Sequence record: NC_031126.1
Strand: one strand, 5' to 3'
DNA: 64,000 bases
Positions within the stretch are counted from its first letter, which is position 1, and each line of letters begins with the position of its first letter. Shown here in pieces: positions 44,473 to 55,048 of this stretch. The translations under genes were made by a program, and so were the position numbers. Below the pieces are notes generated by a model, which was given only the letters and a program-made list of their open reading frames with translations, was not told the DNA's origin and ran no database searches.

Positions 44473-45822
44473 ATGGGTTACTGGTCTAAACATGCACAAA
44501 CGGTGGGAGAGTTAAAGCTCGTTGCTGCCGAGTCAATTAAATTTCAGGATAAGAAGAAACTTGCGGCCTTAGCAGAAATCGTCGCTGCCTTCCAGGCGGC
44601 GGGTGATTACTCTTTGGCAGCATACGACACTTCCGGTGTTGCTGAGTGGGTACAGGATACTGTGGGTGTCGGTATCAAACTTTGCACCGGTCACGAATTG
44701 GGTCTGGAGTTTGAGTTGTTTGCGGCGGTTGAACCGCCACAGATTGATGCGAACAACCCAATCATCGCCGATCTTCAGAAGACCACATATCAGGGCAACA
44801 AAGACCTGGACTTGTACACCAAGTTCCTCAAGGACAATGCACTGAATGGCGAGTTCGACGATTCTAACGCGAAGCTGAAAGGCGACCTCAGCAAGATTAC
44901 CAGTCCGTTGTACGTGACGCCGGAAATCTTCAAAGGTCGTGCGGAACTGACTGCGTATGAAATCGCGGCCATTATTTTGCATGAAGTCGGTCATGTCTAC
45001 TGGTATCTGCGTACGCTGATGCGTGGGGTGATAGTTAACCTGATTGCGGACGCTGCGGCTAACCGCATGATGGAGATGGATTCCCCGCAGGAGAAACTGC
45101 GTGTGGTGAAAGATGTTGAGCGGATGCTGAACACCAAAATCAACCAGCCGGAAACCATCTGCAATGACTACAAGAAAGAAAACATGTACATGCACCTGGT
45201 GACCCAGACGCTGCTACTGCGTCCGAACATCACTGGTGGTCGTGCTACGGGGAACCGTGTGTGGGAACGTGCGGCAGATGACTTCGCAGCACGTTTCGGT
45301 GCAGCGCCCCACTTGGCATCGGCATTGTACAAGATGGAGATGTCTAACTGGTGGATTCTGCGTAACAATGCGTACACCAACATCTATACCCATCTGTTCG
45401 GTGAGCTGATTGAAATCAGTGGCCTGGTCATCGCAATGACCAACCCGATTGGTGTGGTGTTCAGTACCATCAGCATCATGTTCGGTTTACTCATCAACGA
45501 CCCAGGTAGCACCATCTATGATCCACCGCAGGAACGTTTCGAAGCTCTGCGTCGTAACCTGGTCGAAGAACTGAACACACTGAAAGGTGTGAATACCAAG
45601 CAGGCACAGGAAAACCGTGACCGCTGCTTGAAAGGCATTGTCCAGCTTGACCAGATTCTGAAAAACGTGAAGGACAAAGATAACATCTATTCCTTCATCA
45701 TGAAGAACCTGACCTCCTACGGCCGCAAAGAAAAAGCTGCCGTGGATTATCAACGTCAGCTCGAAAGTTATATGTCCAACGACCTGCGCATTGCTTCTGC
45801 GAAGCTCCAGCAGTTGGCCTAA
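44473..45822 (+). CDS. virion head/ejection protein with M48-like zincin motif
   Basis: ILHEVGH, ERAADDFAARFG...LASALYKM, a hydrophobic C-terminal segment, and an N-terminal AAE-S site. Confidence 0.75.
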   Translation: MGYWSKHAQTVGELKLVAAESIKFQDKKKLAALAEIVAAFQAAGDYSLAAYDTSGVAEWVQDTVGVGIKLCTGHELGLEFELFAAVEPPQIDANNPIIADLQKTTYQGNKDLDLYTKFLKDNALNGEFDDSNAKLKGDLSKITSPLYVTPEIFKGRAELTAYEIAAIILHEVGHVYWYLRTLMRGVIVNLIADAAANRMMEMDSPQEKLRVVKDVERMLNTKINQPETICNDYKKENMYMHLVTQTLLLRPNITGGRATGNRVWERAADDFAARFGAAPHLASALYKMEMSNWWILRNNAYTNIYTHLFGELIEISGLVIAMTNPIGVVFSTISIMFGLLINDPGSTIYDPPQERFEALRRNLVEELNTLKGVNTKQAQENRDRCLKGIVQLDQILKNVKDKDNIYSFIMKNLTSYGRKEKAAVDYQRQLESYMSNDLRIASAKLQQLA

Positions 45823-45843
45823 GATAAACGAAAGGGTATAACC

Positions 45844-46281
45844 ATGACTCACAAACTTTCTTTAAACAGCCTGGTGCTGGATTACAAACGTGCGGTAGAA
45901 GGGAAGGGCGTAGAAGGGACTCGTGCCCTCACTGCGATTGTCGCCTTCGCTTTGGCGTATAACGCTCCGCTGCCGGATAACGGCCCGTATGGTTCAGGTG
46001 ATGCGGTAAATGGTTGTCTGAAACCGATTATCAATAACCTGGTGTCGGATGTGAACGAACTGTATTGCATCGATATGGGTTCGGTTGATGACATGATTAC
46101 GGTCATGTACTGCAACCGTTACGACGCTGCTCACGGTGGTCGTCGCGCTCTGGAAGCCTACTCGGTGAAACAGATTGTTGACGAAACCCTCGGGGGCGAT
46201 ATCTGGCCAACCGTCATGCTCTGGTGTGACCGCTTTGTGGATTGCGTCCGCTTCTACCTCAGCGAAACCAAAAAGGGGTAA
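45844..46281 (+). CDS. probable virion protein (145 aa)
   Basis: Clean ORF within the head-protein operon. Confidence 0.7.
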   Translation: MTHKLSLNSLVLDYKRAVEGKGVEGTRALTAIVAFALAYNAPLPDNGPYGSGDAVNGCLKPIINNLVSDVNELYCIDMGSVDDMITVMYCNRYDAAHGGRRALEAYSVKQIVDETLGGDIWPTVMLWCDRFVDCVRFYLSETKKG

Positions 46282-46284
46282 GCC

Positions 46285-47997
46285 ATGACGAGTATGACGA
46301 TGGTGGGGGGTTTGGTACCACCGGCCCCACAGTGGCGTTTAGGCGAACTCGGTGATGTGCTCCGTGAACACATGAACACCAAGATTGAAAGCCTCGACCA
46401 GCTGACGCTGTACATGCAGCGCAATGATGCGGATATGTTGTACGGTGGCCGTATACTCGCGCAAATTGACGCCATCCTCGATGACCTGCGTCGGAACGGG
46501 ATTTCCCGTGACCTGGCCGTTGCGGTGGAGTCAGCTCGTCCGGGTACGATTCCAAAGAACGTACAAAGCCTGCTGACCTCTAACTATACCCGCACAGGAC
46601 AGAAAGAGACCATTGCGGCTCTCGAGTCCTGGAAAGAAGCAGGTAAGTTGGGGCTGGTCGTGCTGGTGATTACTGCGGTGTTGAAGATGCTGAGTTGGAT
46701 TCTGTCTAACGGCAGCGGCTACAGCCCAGACGCATCAGGCAAAGACTTTGCCGACCGTGCCGAGTATGTGGACAAAGTGAAGGAAAACATTGAAACCCGT
46801 ATCGAAAAGGTGCAGGAAAATGTGCGTCCGGAAGCCAAGGCCACTACCCAGGTCTGCCAGTGTGCGTCCGTACAGGATGCATACATGGATGCTGTCAGTA
46901 AAGGTAAGGTTCAACAGGGCGGTGCCAAGCAAGCAGCTGTGGCGGCTGTGAAGCTCGATAAAGTGATTGCCAAGGTAAAAGGCCAAGATTGGGTGGACTA
47001 CGCATCTCTACGCGCGGGTAAGTCCGTCTTCGCCGGTATCTTCGATGATATCGTCTCAGGCAAAGGTAACGCCAATGACGTTATCGAAATGGCTATCAAC
47101 CGTATGCTGCGTGACTACCATGTTGGCGATGCGGTCTTCACCCAACGTGGCGGTGGTCTTATCTACGCATCCCTGCCAGAACGTTTGCGTAAAGCCGGTA
47201 TTCGTGTTCCGGTCGATACCGTGTTCACGGTTGCAAACAACCGCTTCGGCGAGTTGGCTGCGTACTTTAATTCGGTAGCGAAAGGCTTCGATGACCTGCG
47301 TCAGGTTGACCTGAGTAAAGAGAACCCTGACCTGCATGCGGTACGCACCAGCTTTGCAGCGGCTATTCGCACACTGAACGATACCCTGGCAACGTCTATC
47401 CCTGACGTGTCTAAGAAAGGCATGTTACTGGATACAATGCCAGCGGCTGCAATGACTGAACAGCAGGCATCTACGCTGATTGGTTATGGCGACCCGGTTG
47501 ATTTCATCAACGGTAAAGTAATTGTAGCGGCAGGTTATGAGTCGTACCTGAATGGGACGTCGTTTGGATTGATTACTGAACAGCTGAAACCGAATGACGG
47601 TGAGCTGGAAGTGATTCTCTCGGCGGTGTGTGCAATGCTGAATAAAGACAACATCAGCAGCAACACTAATGTCTCCAACATGTCTGGCTACAAGAAACTG
47701 GAAGCGGATGTTGAACTGTTGGTTTCTAAAATCGAAACCTGGCAGAAAGACTTGCAGCGCAACAAAAATATCGACCTGAATAAACTGGGCCGTGATTTGG
47801 CTGATGCTTCTCTGGAACAGCGTTCGGATTCACTGAACCTCGGTCGTGAGATTTCCATGGAGTATCAAGATACTCCTGACTTCTTCGCAACCTTGCGTAA
47901 ACAGATGTCCTACGTCCGCCAGATTTGCCGTGGCGTATTAGGGATGAATCGTGTTGTTACTACCAGTAGCAAGAACCTCATCTTGAAGTCGAAATAA
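46285..47997 (+). CDS. virion head/ejection protein (570 aa)
   Basis: AVE-S and ALE-S maturation-type sites followed by a hydrophobic helix (LGLVVLVITAVLKMLSWIL). Confidence 0.75.
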   Translation: MTSMTMVGGLVPPAPQWRLGELGDVLREHMNTKIESLDQLTLYMQRNDADMLYGGRILAQIDAILDDLRRNGISRDLAVAVESARPGTIPKNVQSLLTSNYTRTGQKETIAALESWKEAGKLGLVVLVITAVLKMLSWILSNGSGYSPDASGKDFADRAEYVDKVKENIETRIEKVQENVRPEAKATTQVCQCASVQDAYMDAVSKGKVQQGGAKQAAVAAVKLDKVIAKVKGQDWVDYASLRAGKSVFAGIFDDIVSGKGNANDVIEMAINRMLRDYHVGDAVFTQRGGGLIYASLPERLRKAGIRVPVDTVFTVANNRFGELAAYFNSVAKGFDDLRQVDLSKENPDLHAVRTSFAAAIRTLNDTLATSIPDVSKKGMLLDTMPAAAMTEQQASTLIGYGDPVDFINGKVIVAAGYESYLNGTSFGLITEQLKPNDGELEVILSAVCAMLNKDNISSNTNVSNMSGYKKLEADVELLVSKIETWQKDLQRNKNIDLNKLGRDLADASLEQRSDSLNLGREISMEYQDTPDFFATLRKQMSYVRQICRGVLGMNRVVTTSSKNLILKSK

Positions 47998-48048
47998 ATA
48001 AAAGCACTACCCACTCCTTTACGGGAGTGGGTAGCTTTCTTTTTTTAT
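47998..48048. terminator. bidirectional terminator
   Basis: CTACCCACTCC-TTTACG-GGAGTGGGTAG with A-run and T-run flanks. Confidence 0.8.
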
Positions 48049-50993
48049 TCTTTATCGGTGTCGTGTTTGTTGTAAGCAATCACGATGTCGTCTTTCAAAC
48101 CGATAGTGCCATTGGCTTCAATCGCCAATTTCTTACCGATGGTGACGCGAGCAGCGGCATCGACAACGGTGAACAGACGCATGTCCTGGTCTGGCCCCAT
48201 GTTGCCCAGCTCAACTCCGATAATTACCCCCTCCAGTTTCGTGCCCAGTACCTTACCCAATTCCGTAGCCGATACGGTATCGTGTGTTTCCAGGTATTCG
48301 TTAATCACCTGGCTAGTCTGTTTGCGAATGGTGGCAATCAAGTCGGTGTTCTGACGGTTAGCTGCCGTGAGGTAGTAGTTGACAGTGAACTGATTCTCAG
48401 CCGGGATAGGTGTGACAGCACCATCTTCCGTACGGGCATTGATGTAACCCATCGTGGTGATTGGTACGAAGAACGCTTCAGTACGTTCCAGTAACTGACT
48501 CTGCAAGCTCGGTACCGTCGATGTGATTTTGACAATCAGGAAGTCGATAACCGTTTGCAGGTAAGCCTGTACCTCATCGCTGTTGGCAAATTTGTAACGG
48601 GCGTCAAACACCGCCATTTCACTACGGAACCGAATGCTGCGTGGTTTCGCGATGATAGGTTCTTTGGTGGATGGGTCGCGTTTCAAATCGCCTTTATAGT
48701 ACGCAATCTCACGCGTACCGTCTTCGTTGTATTTCGGGTCACCGACACGATGCAGGTACGTTAAGATAATCGGCGGGTCTTGCGTTTCATCAATAACGTA
48801 CTTCGGCACACCGTGTTCATCACGGTCGAGCACATCTTCTTCCCACACTGCCAGTACGTCTTCTTCGTAATACTCGTAGTTGATACTGTCTGTAACTGCA
48901 CGGGCTTTACGCCAGAATGCCGACAGTGCTTTCCCGAGTTCAATCTTGAAGATTTCGTGTGTGATTCCGATGGCATCACGGGACGGGGGAACAATGATGG
49001 TATCCATCTCCGCCCGCTCGTAGTTTTTCGGATAGTAGGAAGAACAACCGTAGAAGATGTTGAAGTCTTGCAGCAGGGCTACCGGTACGTTCACCGTGTT
49101 ACTGGAGGTAATGCGGGTATTGGTCAGTACCAACTCATCGTTACGGTCAACGTCGAGATTGGTCTCTAACGGGAATTCCCACACACGCTCATTGCCTTGC
49201 TTACCAACCAGCGTGCCATTGATGTAAGCCACATGCTCGCCATTACGTGGTGTAAAGGAAATCTGGGCAAACACCTGGTCGTCGCTCATCTTCTGATACG
49301 GCGGCTCTGATTTGGTCACCGTACGTAACACGTAACCGGTTTCGGTCATCAGAACTTGATAGTCAGCCGTGACCACCGACAGCTCTGTGGAGATGTTGGT
49401 ATCAATGAAGCGTTTGCTAGATAACTTCGGTTTATCCAGCTGATAGATACGCACGTCAATCGCATTGTTGTTAATGTCCAACACGTAATGGAACGGTGTG
49501 AACAGATACGACGTGGCGTTGCCCGCTGTCACTAAGTCAGCTTTACGCATAGAGCGCACTAACTCAGTCATCGTTGGGTCAACAGCTAATGCTGCACCAT
49601 CAAAACGATACAGAGTACCCGGCAATACGGTCATTCGGCTGTCGTTGATACGAACCGTTGGCAGTGTAGCCAACTCATCCCAGCTAAAGTATAACGCACC
49701 GGTTACAGAACCAATCGGTGAACTCACTTTGCTTAACTGGGAATCGGGTAGCGGTGCCGATAACAGATATGTACGGTCGGTTACGTAGTCGATGGCGTTA
49801 TACAGCGACAAACCGTAGTCTGACACACTCGCTGCCAGCTGACCCGCTGTTACAGGCGTCTGACGCACACCTACGGCGTTATTCACCACACGGCTACGTA
49901 ATTCATCGAATGTCAGGTCGGTACGCCCACCGGTCGTTCTAAAGCCCGATTCTGCGATCATCTGTGCAATCGAGAAAGACTTCAGCGGGTTCCAGTAACT
50001 GGCATCCACCTCATCATTCAAATCACGCAACGCCCAAGTGAATTCATCAATGGTGTAGCTAGACAGGTCAATGTCCAGTGGTCCCAATGTGGTATATACG
50101 TCCATGCGAATTTCACCGGACACCAAACCGTTGTTCAGGTAGACCGAGGGAATGGTACATTGGATGGCTTGCCCGTTAACCTGAATCAACGCCGTTCCAA
50201 CCGTAGGGTCGTAAACATCACGACTGTGGGTATGTGGAATCTCTACCCATCCGGTTCCGTTTGGCGTATGTTGCCAGACCCGAACGTAAAAGAACTTGTT
50301 GGTAAAGGTGCGCTGCATGACGAAGGTGTTGTTACCCGCAGTCGAATCCGAGTGGGACTTCACATCGTACTGCTTCACCGGAATCTTAATACGTAGCAAC
50401 GTAGACGTTGTGGTTGGGGATGAACCCAACTCCCAATCCAGGGCGTTCGTCGACACCGGTGAGATAGGAGATTGATTATCCGTAATCCACAATACCTGGA
50501 AAGCCGGGTTTTCGATTGTCCCGTACGGCAGCACCCGAATCTCAATCGGATATTGGATGGCAAACGTGTACCCCGCAACCTTAAACTGCGTATCGCGTGG
50601 AATCACCACTTTACGTACACCGGCGAATTGCAACGGCATGGCTTTTGCTAACAGTGAGTCAGTGTCGATAATCAACTGCAACTCGGTGTCGGAAGGCTGT
50701 GCAAAGACGTCGATGTAGTCCACATCGGACATGTGACGATAAAGGTCGTCCATGGTTTGTGCCATGGATGGATACGTACGTGGAATCGTCGCCCTTACAC
50801 CCTCAATGGTCGCGTGTGCCAACGTCACACCACACTCCGTTAAGAACGCTACAGGGTCTGTAGGGTCCATTAGAGTAATGTTGTTCGCTGAATCCTGGGC
50901 TTTCGATAACTGGTTCAGCAAAAGTGTCTGCATTGCCGAAGGGTTATTCGCTAGTAACAGCAGGTTCTTCGACAGCGTTTCGATAGTATCCAT
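48045..50993 (-). CDS. baseplate wedge protein, T4 gp6 / P2 gpJ-like (982 aa)
   Basis: TTGGRTDLTFDELRSRVVNNA corresponds to the baseplate-J GG-x-D-x-E-x-D-E-x-L-R-x-R motif; beta-rich. Confidence 0.75.
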   Translation of the reverse strand: MDTIETLSKNLLLLANNPSAMQTLLLNQLSKAQDSANNITLMDPTDPVAFLTECGVTLAHATIEGVRATIPRTYPSMAQTMDDLYRHMSDVDYIDVFAQPSDTELQLIIDTDSLLAKAMPLQFAGVRKVVIPRDTQFKVAGYTFAIQYPIEIRVLPYGTIENPAFQVLWITDNQSPISPVSTNALDWELGSSPTTTSTLLRIKIPVKQYDVKSHSDSTAGNNTFVMQRTFTNKFFYVRVWQHTPNGTGWVEIPHTHSRDVYDPTVGTALIQVNGQAIQCTIPSVYLNNGLVSGEIRMDVYTTLGPLDIDLSSYTIDEFTWALRDLNDEVDASYWNPLKSFSIAQMIAESGFRTTGGRTDLTFDELRSRVVNNAVGVRQTPVTAGQLAASVSDYGLSLYNAIDYVTDRTYLLSAPLPDSQLSKVSSPIGSVTGALYFSWDELATLPTVRINDSRMTVLPGTLYRFDGAALAVDPTMTELVRSMRKADLVTAGNATSYLFTPFHYVLDINNNAIDVRIYQLDKPKLSSKRFIDTNISTELSVVTADYQVLMTETGYVLRTVTKSEPPYQKMSDDQVFAQISFTPRNGEHVAYINGTLVGKQGNERVWEFPLETNLDVDRNDELVLTNTRITSSNTVNVPVALLQDFNIFYGCSSYYPKNYERAEMDTIIVPPSRDAIGITHEIFKIELGKALSAFWRKARAVTDSINYEYYEEDVLAVWEEDVLDRDEHGVPKYVIDETQDPPIILTYLHRVGDPKYNEDGTREIAYYKGDLKRDPSTKEPIIAKPRSIRFRSEMAVFDARYKFANSDEVQAYLQTVIDFLIVKITSTVPSLQSQLLERTEAFFVPITTMGYINARTEDGAVTPIPAENQFTVNYYLTAANRQNTDLIATIRKQTSQVINEYLETHDTVSATELGKVLGTKLEGVIIGVELGNMGPDQDMRLFTVVDAAARVTIGKKLAIEANGTIGLKDDIVIAYNKHDTDKE

Positions 50994-52255
50994 TAGATCA
51001 TTCCTGCCTTTTTCAAGATACGTTGGTAATCGACATTATACACCCACCACGACAACTTGCGACGGATTGGGTCGATGTGCGGATACCCGTAGTAGTTAAA
51101 CAGCGGCATCATCTGCGGCGGAATCTGTTGCATCATGTCCATTCCTTGCGGGATGAAATTGCCAGTTCGTATCGCCTCGGCGGTTGGTGCCATATCCGGA
51201 TTGAAGTAGGATACCGTGGCGTTGAACATGTCCATGTATAGCGGGTCGTCGTAACGTGCTCCGATACACTGCCACTGCAACGAGATGTTGGTATCATCGT
51301 TCATCTGTGGCTTGGAGTTATCCACCGAGGCCATTTGCCCGGCGTTGTTGTTCATTGGCCACGCTACACACGCTGTCCAGAAACGGGTGATGTTCCCCAG
51401 TGGGTCATAGCGCATCCCGTAAATACGAGACTGGTAGTCAATGCGGCGTTGAATCGAGTTACGAATCTTCGGCATAAAACGCCCTTCCTTCACCCCGGAC
51501 ATGTACTCAATCCAGATAGAAGCTAAGCGCATAATCGCATTACCGTATGGGTTAGTCAGGGAAGTTGACAAAGAGTATTGGTTGTTCACCTCGTGAGTAG
51601 AGTCCACCATACCCCACTGTTCACGTTTGATACCTTCGTCCGACATCCAGTTGTCTACCGACTCATCGGGCATCCCTGAGAGGCTCACAAGTTGTGTCGA
51701 AAGCAATGGTATGAATGCCTGTAAATTGTCAAAAGGGATATCCGGTAAAAATGGTGTCCCTAAACGACTAATTTTCTGTCCGTCCTTGTTTCGTCCTGGG
51801 TCAGAAAAACCCAGTTCAAAATCGGGGTCAAGCGCTGCCAACAAGGAATAGTCCAGTGACGCTCTGGGCTGCATGGCCATGTTGGAGAAACGACGCGAGT
51901 TCGCGATATTGTTAAAGTCCAGGTTAAAGTCTGGACGGGTAAAGAAGGTCAAACCCCCATATTCCCGGTTAACTGGAACGGGGTTGTTGGCCATCATATG
52001 GTTGAACCCCATGAGGGGATTGGTCATACGCTGCGCAGCGATACCTAAACCGACTGTCAACCGAATCCTGTCTTGCCATACGGAAAGTTCGTCTTCAACA
52101 ACCCCCTGTGTAGGCTTTGTGGTCGAGTTTCGACCATCGAAATAGCCACCCACAGAAGGAACAGCATCTGCGTTGTTCGGATTGGGAACTGTGTAGTCGA
52201 TGTCCGTGTTTGCGTCGTAACCAGGATCTTTATTCTGTTCAGTCTCGTTACTCAT
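50993..52255 (-). CDS. virion structural protein, tail/baseplate-associated (420 aa)
   Basis: Coupled to the baseplate gene; beta-rich; ATG 52255. Confidence 0.7.
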   Translation of the reverse strand: MSNETEQNKDPGYDANTDIDYTVPNPNNADAVPSVGGYFDGRNSTTKPTQGVVEDELSVWQDRIRLTVGLGIAAQRMTNPLMGFNHMMANNPVPVNREYGGLTFFTRPDFNLDFNNIANSRRFSNMAMQPRASLDYSLLAALDPDFELGFSDPGRNKDGQKISRLGTPFLPDIPFDNLQAFIPLLSTQLVSLSGMPDESVDNWMSDEGIKREQWGMVDSTHEVNNQYSLSTSLTNPYGNAIMRLASIWIEYMSGVKEGRFMPKIRNSIQRRIDYQSRIYGMRYDPLGNITRFWTACVAWPMNNNAGQMASVDNSKPQMNDDTNISLQWQCIGARYDDPLYMDMFNATVSYFNPDMAPTAEAIRTGNFIPQGMDMMQQIPPQMMPLFNYYGYPHIDPIRRKLSWWVYNVDYQRILKKAGMI

Positions 52256-52259
52256 CAAT

Positions 52260-52277
52260 TTTTACTCCGGAGTAAAA
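52260..52277. promoter_or_regulatory. perfect 18-bp palindrome carrying GGAG on both strands between divergent starts
   Basis: TTTTACTCCGGAGTAAAA; start codons at 52255(-) and 52284(+). Confidence 0.6.
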
Positions 52278-52283
52278 TTTAAA

Positions 52284-53462
52284 ATGGCAGATACCACTAT
52301 CGAAACGAGTGTCGTCTCGTTCCTGTCAAAGTTTCCAGACCTGTTCCGGCAACGTGCCGATTCACTGGAAGAGTTTAACCAGATACTCTACAACGAGTAT
52401 ACGACTCTGGTTGAGCAATCACTCCTGGGCCTGGACTATCTGCCGGGTATCCTGGAAAAACTTCAAATTCTGATGGCGGGTAACCAACTGACAGCGATTT
52501 CACTGTTAGTCGGCGTTCCTGAGGTTGATATTCTCGGTACCCTCGACCAGATTTCTACCCGTCGTAATAGTGCTGATGCAGCCGCTCGTTCTGGTGCCCG
52601 TTTGGGTAAATTCGCCATGGGCGAAAGTCGTGGCCGTTATGGTTTGCCGTCATACGATAACCTTGCCGTTGCGGTGGGTGAGTCCATGCGTGGTAACCGC
52701 CGTAACCCGAACGTACAGGTAGCTGCTGAATCCACATCTGCGGATAAAGCAGACCGTGTCTCCTCTACACTGCCTTCTAACTTCATGAAGCAGCTGTCTG
52801 AGCAAGAAGGTCTGTCACAGGGTAAACAATTCTCTGCCACCTTCGAACGTAACGGTAATAAGGTTGAAGTGCCAATGCGCATTCGCCTGGACGTAAAGTC
52901 CGTACCGACCGAAGGGCTGGAAACTATCATTGCCTTTAGCGACCAGACGAAAGACTTCTGGGATCGTTATCTCCGCCTGCAATATAAAGGCGACCGCAAA
53001 GGTAGCGCGCTGGATAAAATCGCAGCAGCGAAAGACCTGGCGTTCTCCAACGACCTGATCGAAGAGTACCGTAAAAACCGCTTCCGCGATAAGACCGGTT
53101 ATTACAGCAAGATGATGGAGAAGCGTAATGGTAACTGGCTGTCCGGCCTGTTGACGTTGGCACCATCTATCAACAACGCCTCGGGCATCGTTGTGGTTTC
53201 TCAGGAAACTATTGACGGTCTGGAAGCGCAACTGGGTGGTAGCTTTGATGACTTCAATGTTCGTCAACGTGTCTTCCAGGATAGCCTGACTGTGTACTAC
53301 GTGGTGGTTGACACTACTTGGAACAAGGTCACTATCTACACTCGTGGTATGAACGGTTCTCAGGAACTCGACAAGTCCGACTTCTCCAAATCTAAGGCCG
53401 GTAGCGCCGATGTCAACAAAGTCATCGAAGCGTACCGTGCTGGTGCACAACCGGTTCTTTAA
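52284..53462 (+). CDS. virion head protein (392 aa)
   Basis: MGE-S, VGE-S and AAE-S sites around residues 110-150; head-protein operon. Confidence 0.75.
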   Translation: MADTTIETSVVSFLSKFPDLFRQRADSLEEFNQILYNEYTTLVEQSLLGLDYLPGILEKLQILMAGNQLTAISLLVGVPEVDILGTLDQISTRRNSADAAARSGARLGKFAMGESRGRYGLPSYDNLAVAVGESMRGNRRNPNVQVAAESTSADKADRVSSTLPSNFMKQLSEQEGLSQGKQFSATFERNGNKVEVPMRIRLDVKSVPTEGLETIIAFSDQTKDFWDRYLRLQYKGDRKGSALDKIAAAKDLAFSNDLIEEYRKNRFRDKTGYYSKMMEKRNGNWLSGLLTLAPSINNASGIVVVSQETIDGLEAQLGGSFDDFNVRQRVFQDSLTVYYVVVDTTWNKVTIYTRGMNGSQELDKSDFSKSKAGSADVNKVIEAYRAGAQPVL

Positions 53463-53473
53463 GGGGTTAGCGA

Positions 53474-54409
53474 ATGCCTATTCCAAACATGCTGGCAATT
53501 CTGTTGCCAAGCTTTGAAGCCACCAACCTGAAAAACAGCCTCACGTCAAACTGTGATGCGCTGGGTGATGTGTTGCTTCCTCAGTATCAGAACTTGCAGG
53601 AACTCGTTGGGTCTATCCAAGGCAAACCGTTTAATTCCAAAACGGTACAGGGCCTCAGTGAAAACCTGGTGCGTTACCTGCGTGAAACCAAGCTGGAAGT
53701 AGCGGGTCTCCGTGAACCTAGCATCCTCGAGTACATTATTGCTGCGATGGAGAACACGGTTGCACTGCGTCCATTCTTGGAACAGTGTATTTCCCGCGAC
53801 ATCGGTAAATCAGTCGTCACTGCGTCGCTGACGTTTAACAAACAAACGTTGCTCCAGATTCTCGACCTTATCGACTTCTTCACTGTGTACTCGTCCACGT
53901 TGCTGAACTACATCACGGCGGAAGAGATTGGCAACCAGCCAGGCTCTAACATCGCGGTGAAAGGTGTTGGCCCGAACGACCTGACGTATCTGAATGCACG
54001 GCTCGTGACTTTCGGTATCGCCCTGCGTGTTCTGGCTACCCCAGCAAACAAACTGAAAGCCGACTATGCGGAAATCCCGGAAGCGGTCTTCAGCGAAGAA
54101 ACCTACAATGAGTTAGTGGAAGCCTTCGGTACGAAGACTACTGACCCGTTAGGTCTCTCTGCTGTACCATTCCCTCTTTCCATCGTTTATCGGGTTAAAC
54201 TGTCCTGGGCTGATTATCAGATGGACAAGTACGATGAATGCGTGGAAGCAGCGAAAGCAACCGAGCTTCGTATTTTGCTGTACAAAAAACAGCAGGCTAA
54301 CGGTCAGGGCGATGCGCACATCGAAAAACAAATCGAGCGCCATGAGAAACGCTTAGGCGACCTCATGCGTAAACGTGAGCGTTTAGAGAAGAAGTACGAT
54401 CTCAAGTAA
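53474..54409 (+). CDS. virion head-associated protein (311 aa)
   Basis: Operon position; C-terminal coiled coil. Confidence 0.75.
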   Translation: MPIPNMLAILLPSFEATNLKNSLTSNCDALGDVLLPQYQNLQELVGSIQGKPFNSKTVQGLSENLVRYLRETKLEVAGLREPSILEYIIAAMENTVALRPFLEQCISRDIGKSVVTASLTFNKQTLLQILDLIDFFTVYSSTLLNYITAEEIGNQPGSNIAVKGVGPNDLTYLNARLVTFGIALRVLATPANKLKADYAEIPEAVFSEETYNELVEAFGTKTTDPLGLSAVPFPLSIVYRVKLSWADYQMDKYDECVEAAKATELRILLYKKQQANGQGDAHIEKQIERHEKRLGDLMRKRERLEKKYDLK

Positions 54410-54427
54410 TCGCCACAGGAGCGTAGC

Positions 54428-54991
54428 ATGTTGCAAGAAATCACCACCCCAGACTTCAACCAGGCAGAACGCATGTTGAAGGCGTACATGGATAAGCTCA
54501 CCCAGAACCCTGTCCTCGTGCATGATGACGAAGTCATTCATGGTGTCCTGCCAGCGGTAGCAGTGGTTTTGCCCTACTTCCGTCTGGCTGCGGCAGAGAG
54601 TGTGCAACAAGTATTATATGACGAATATCCGCAAATCGGTTTTACGTTCAATACGTTCTACAATGAGACGGTAGCATTCTTGCTGGAAGGCAAGCGTCGT
54701 ACCACCACAGTGGGTACCTTCTCGGTGCTAATGTCGTCCTACATGAACGACGTTGCTGGCACGAAGTACGTGGAACAAACCGGTAGCATTGGTGCACGCA
54801 TGGTCTCAGCGGCCTTCGGTAAGGCAGGTAAGGTTCGTGAATTCGGCAAACAGTTGCAGTCAATGCAAGCCGACCAACGACTATTATCATATGCAGACCA
54901 CGAACTGCTGGCACGATGGATGACGCGTACTAACGGATTGTCCGATATGATTACGTCGTTGGCAGTGTTCTTGAAAATCGCACGTCCCTAA
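54428..54991 (+). CDS. probable virion protein (187 aa)
   Basis: AGGAG SD; operon position. Confidence 0.7.
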   Translation: MLQEITTPDFNQAERMLKAYMDKLTQNPVLVHDDEVIHGVLPAVAVVLPYFRLAAAESVQQVLYDEYPQIGFTFNTFYNETVAFLLEGKRRTTTVGTFSVLMSSYMNDVAGTKYVEQTGSIGARMVSAAFGKAGKVREFGKQLQSMQADQRLLSYADHELLARWMTRTNGLSDMITSLAVFLKIARP

Positions 54992-55048
54992 GGGGGCCCC
55001 TTTCTAGGGGCGTGTAATTCGGTTATAACCAAACAGGAAACAAGTAAG

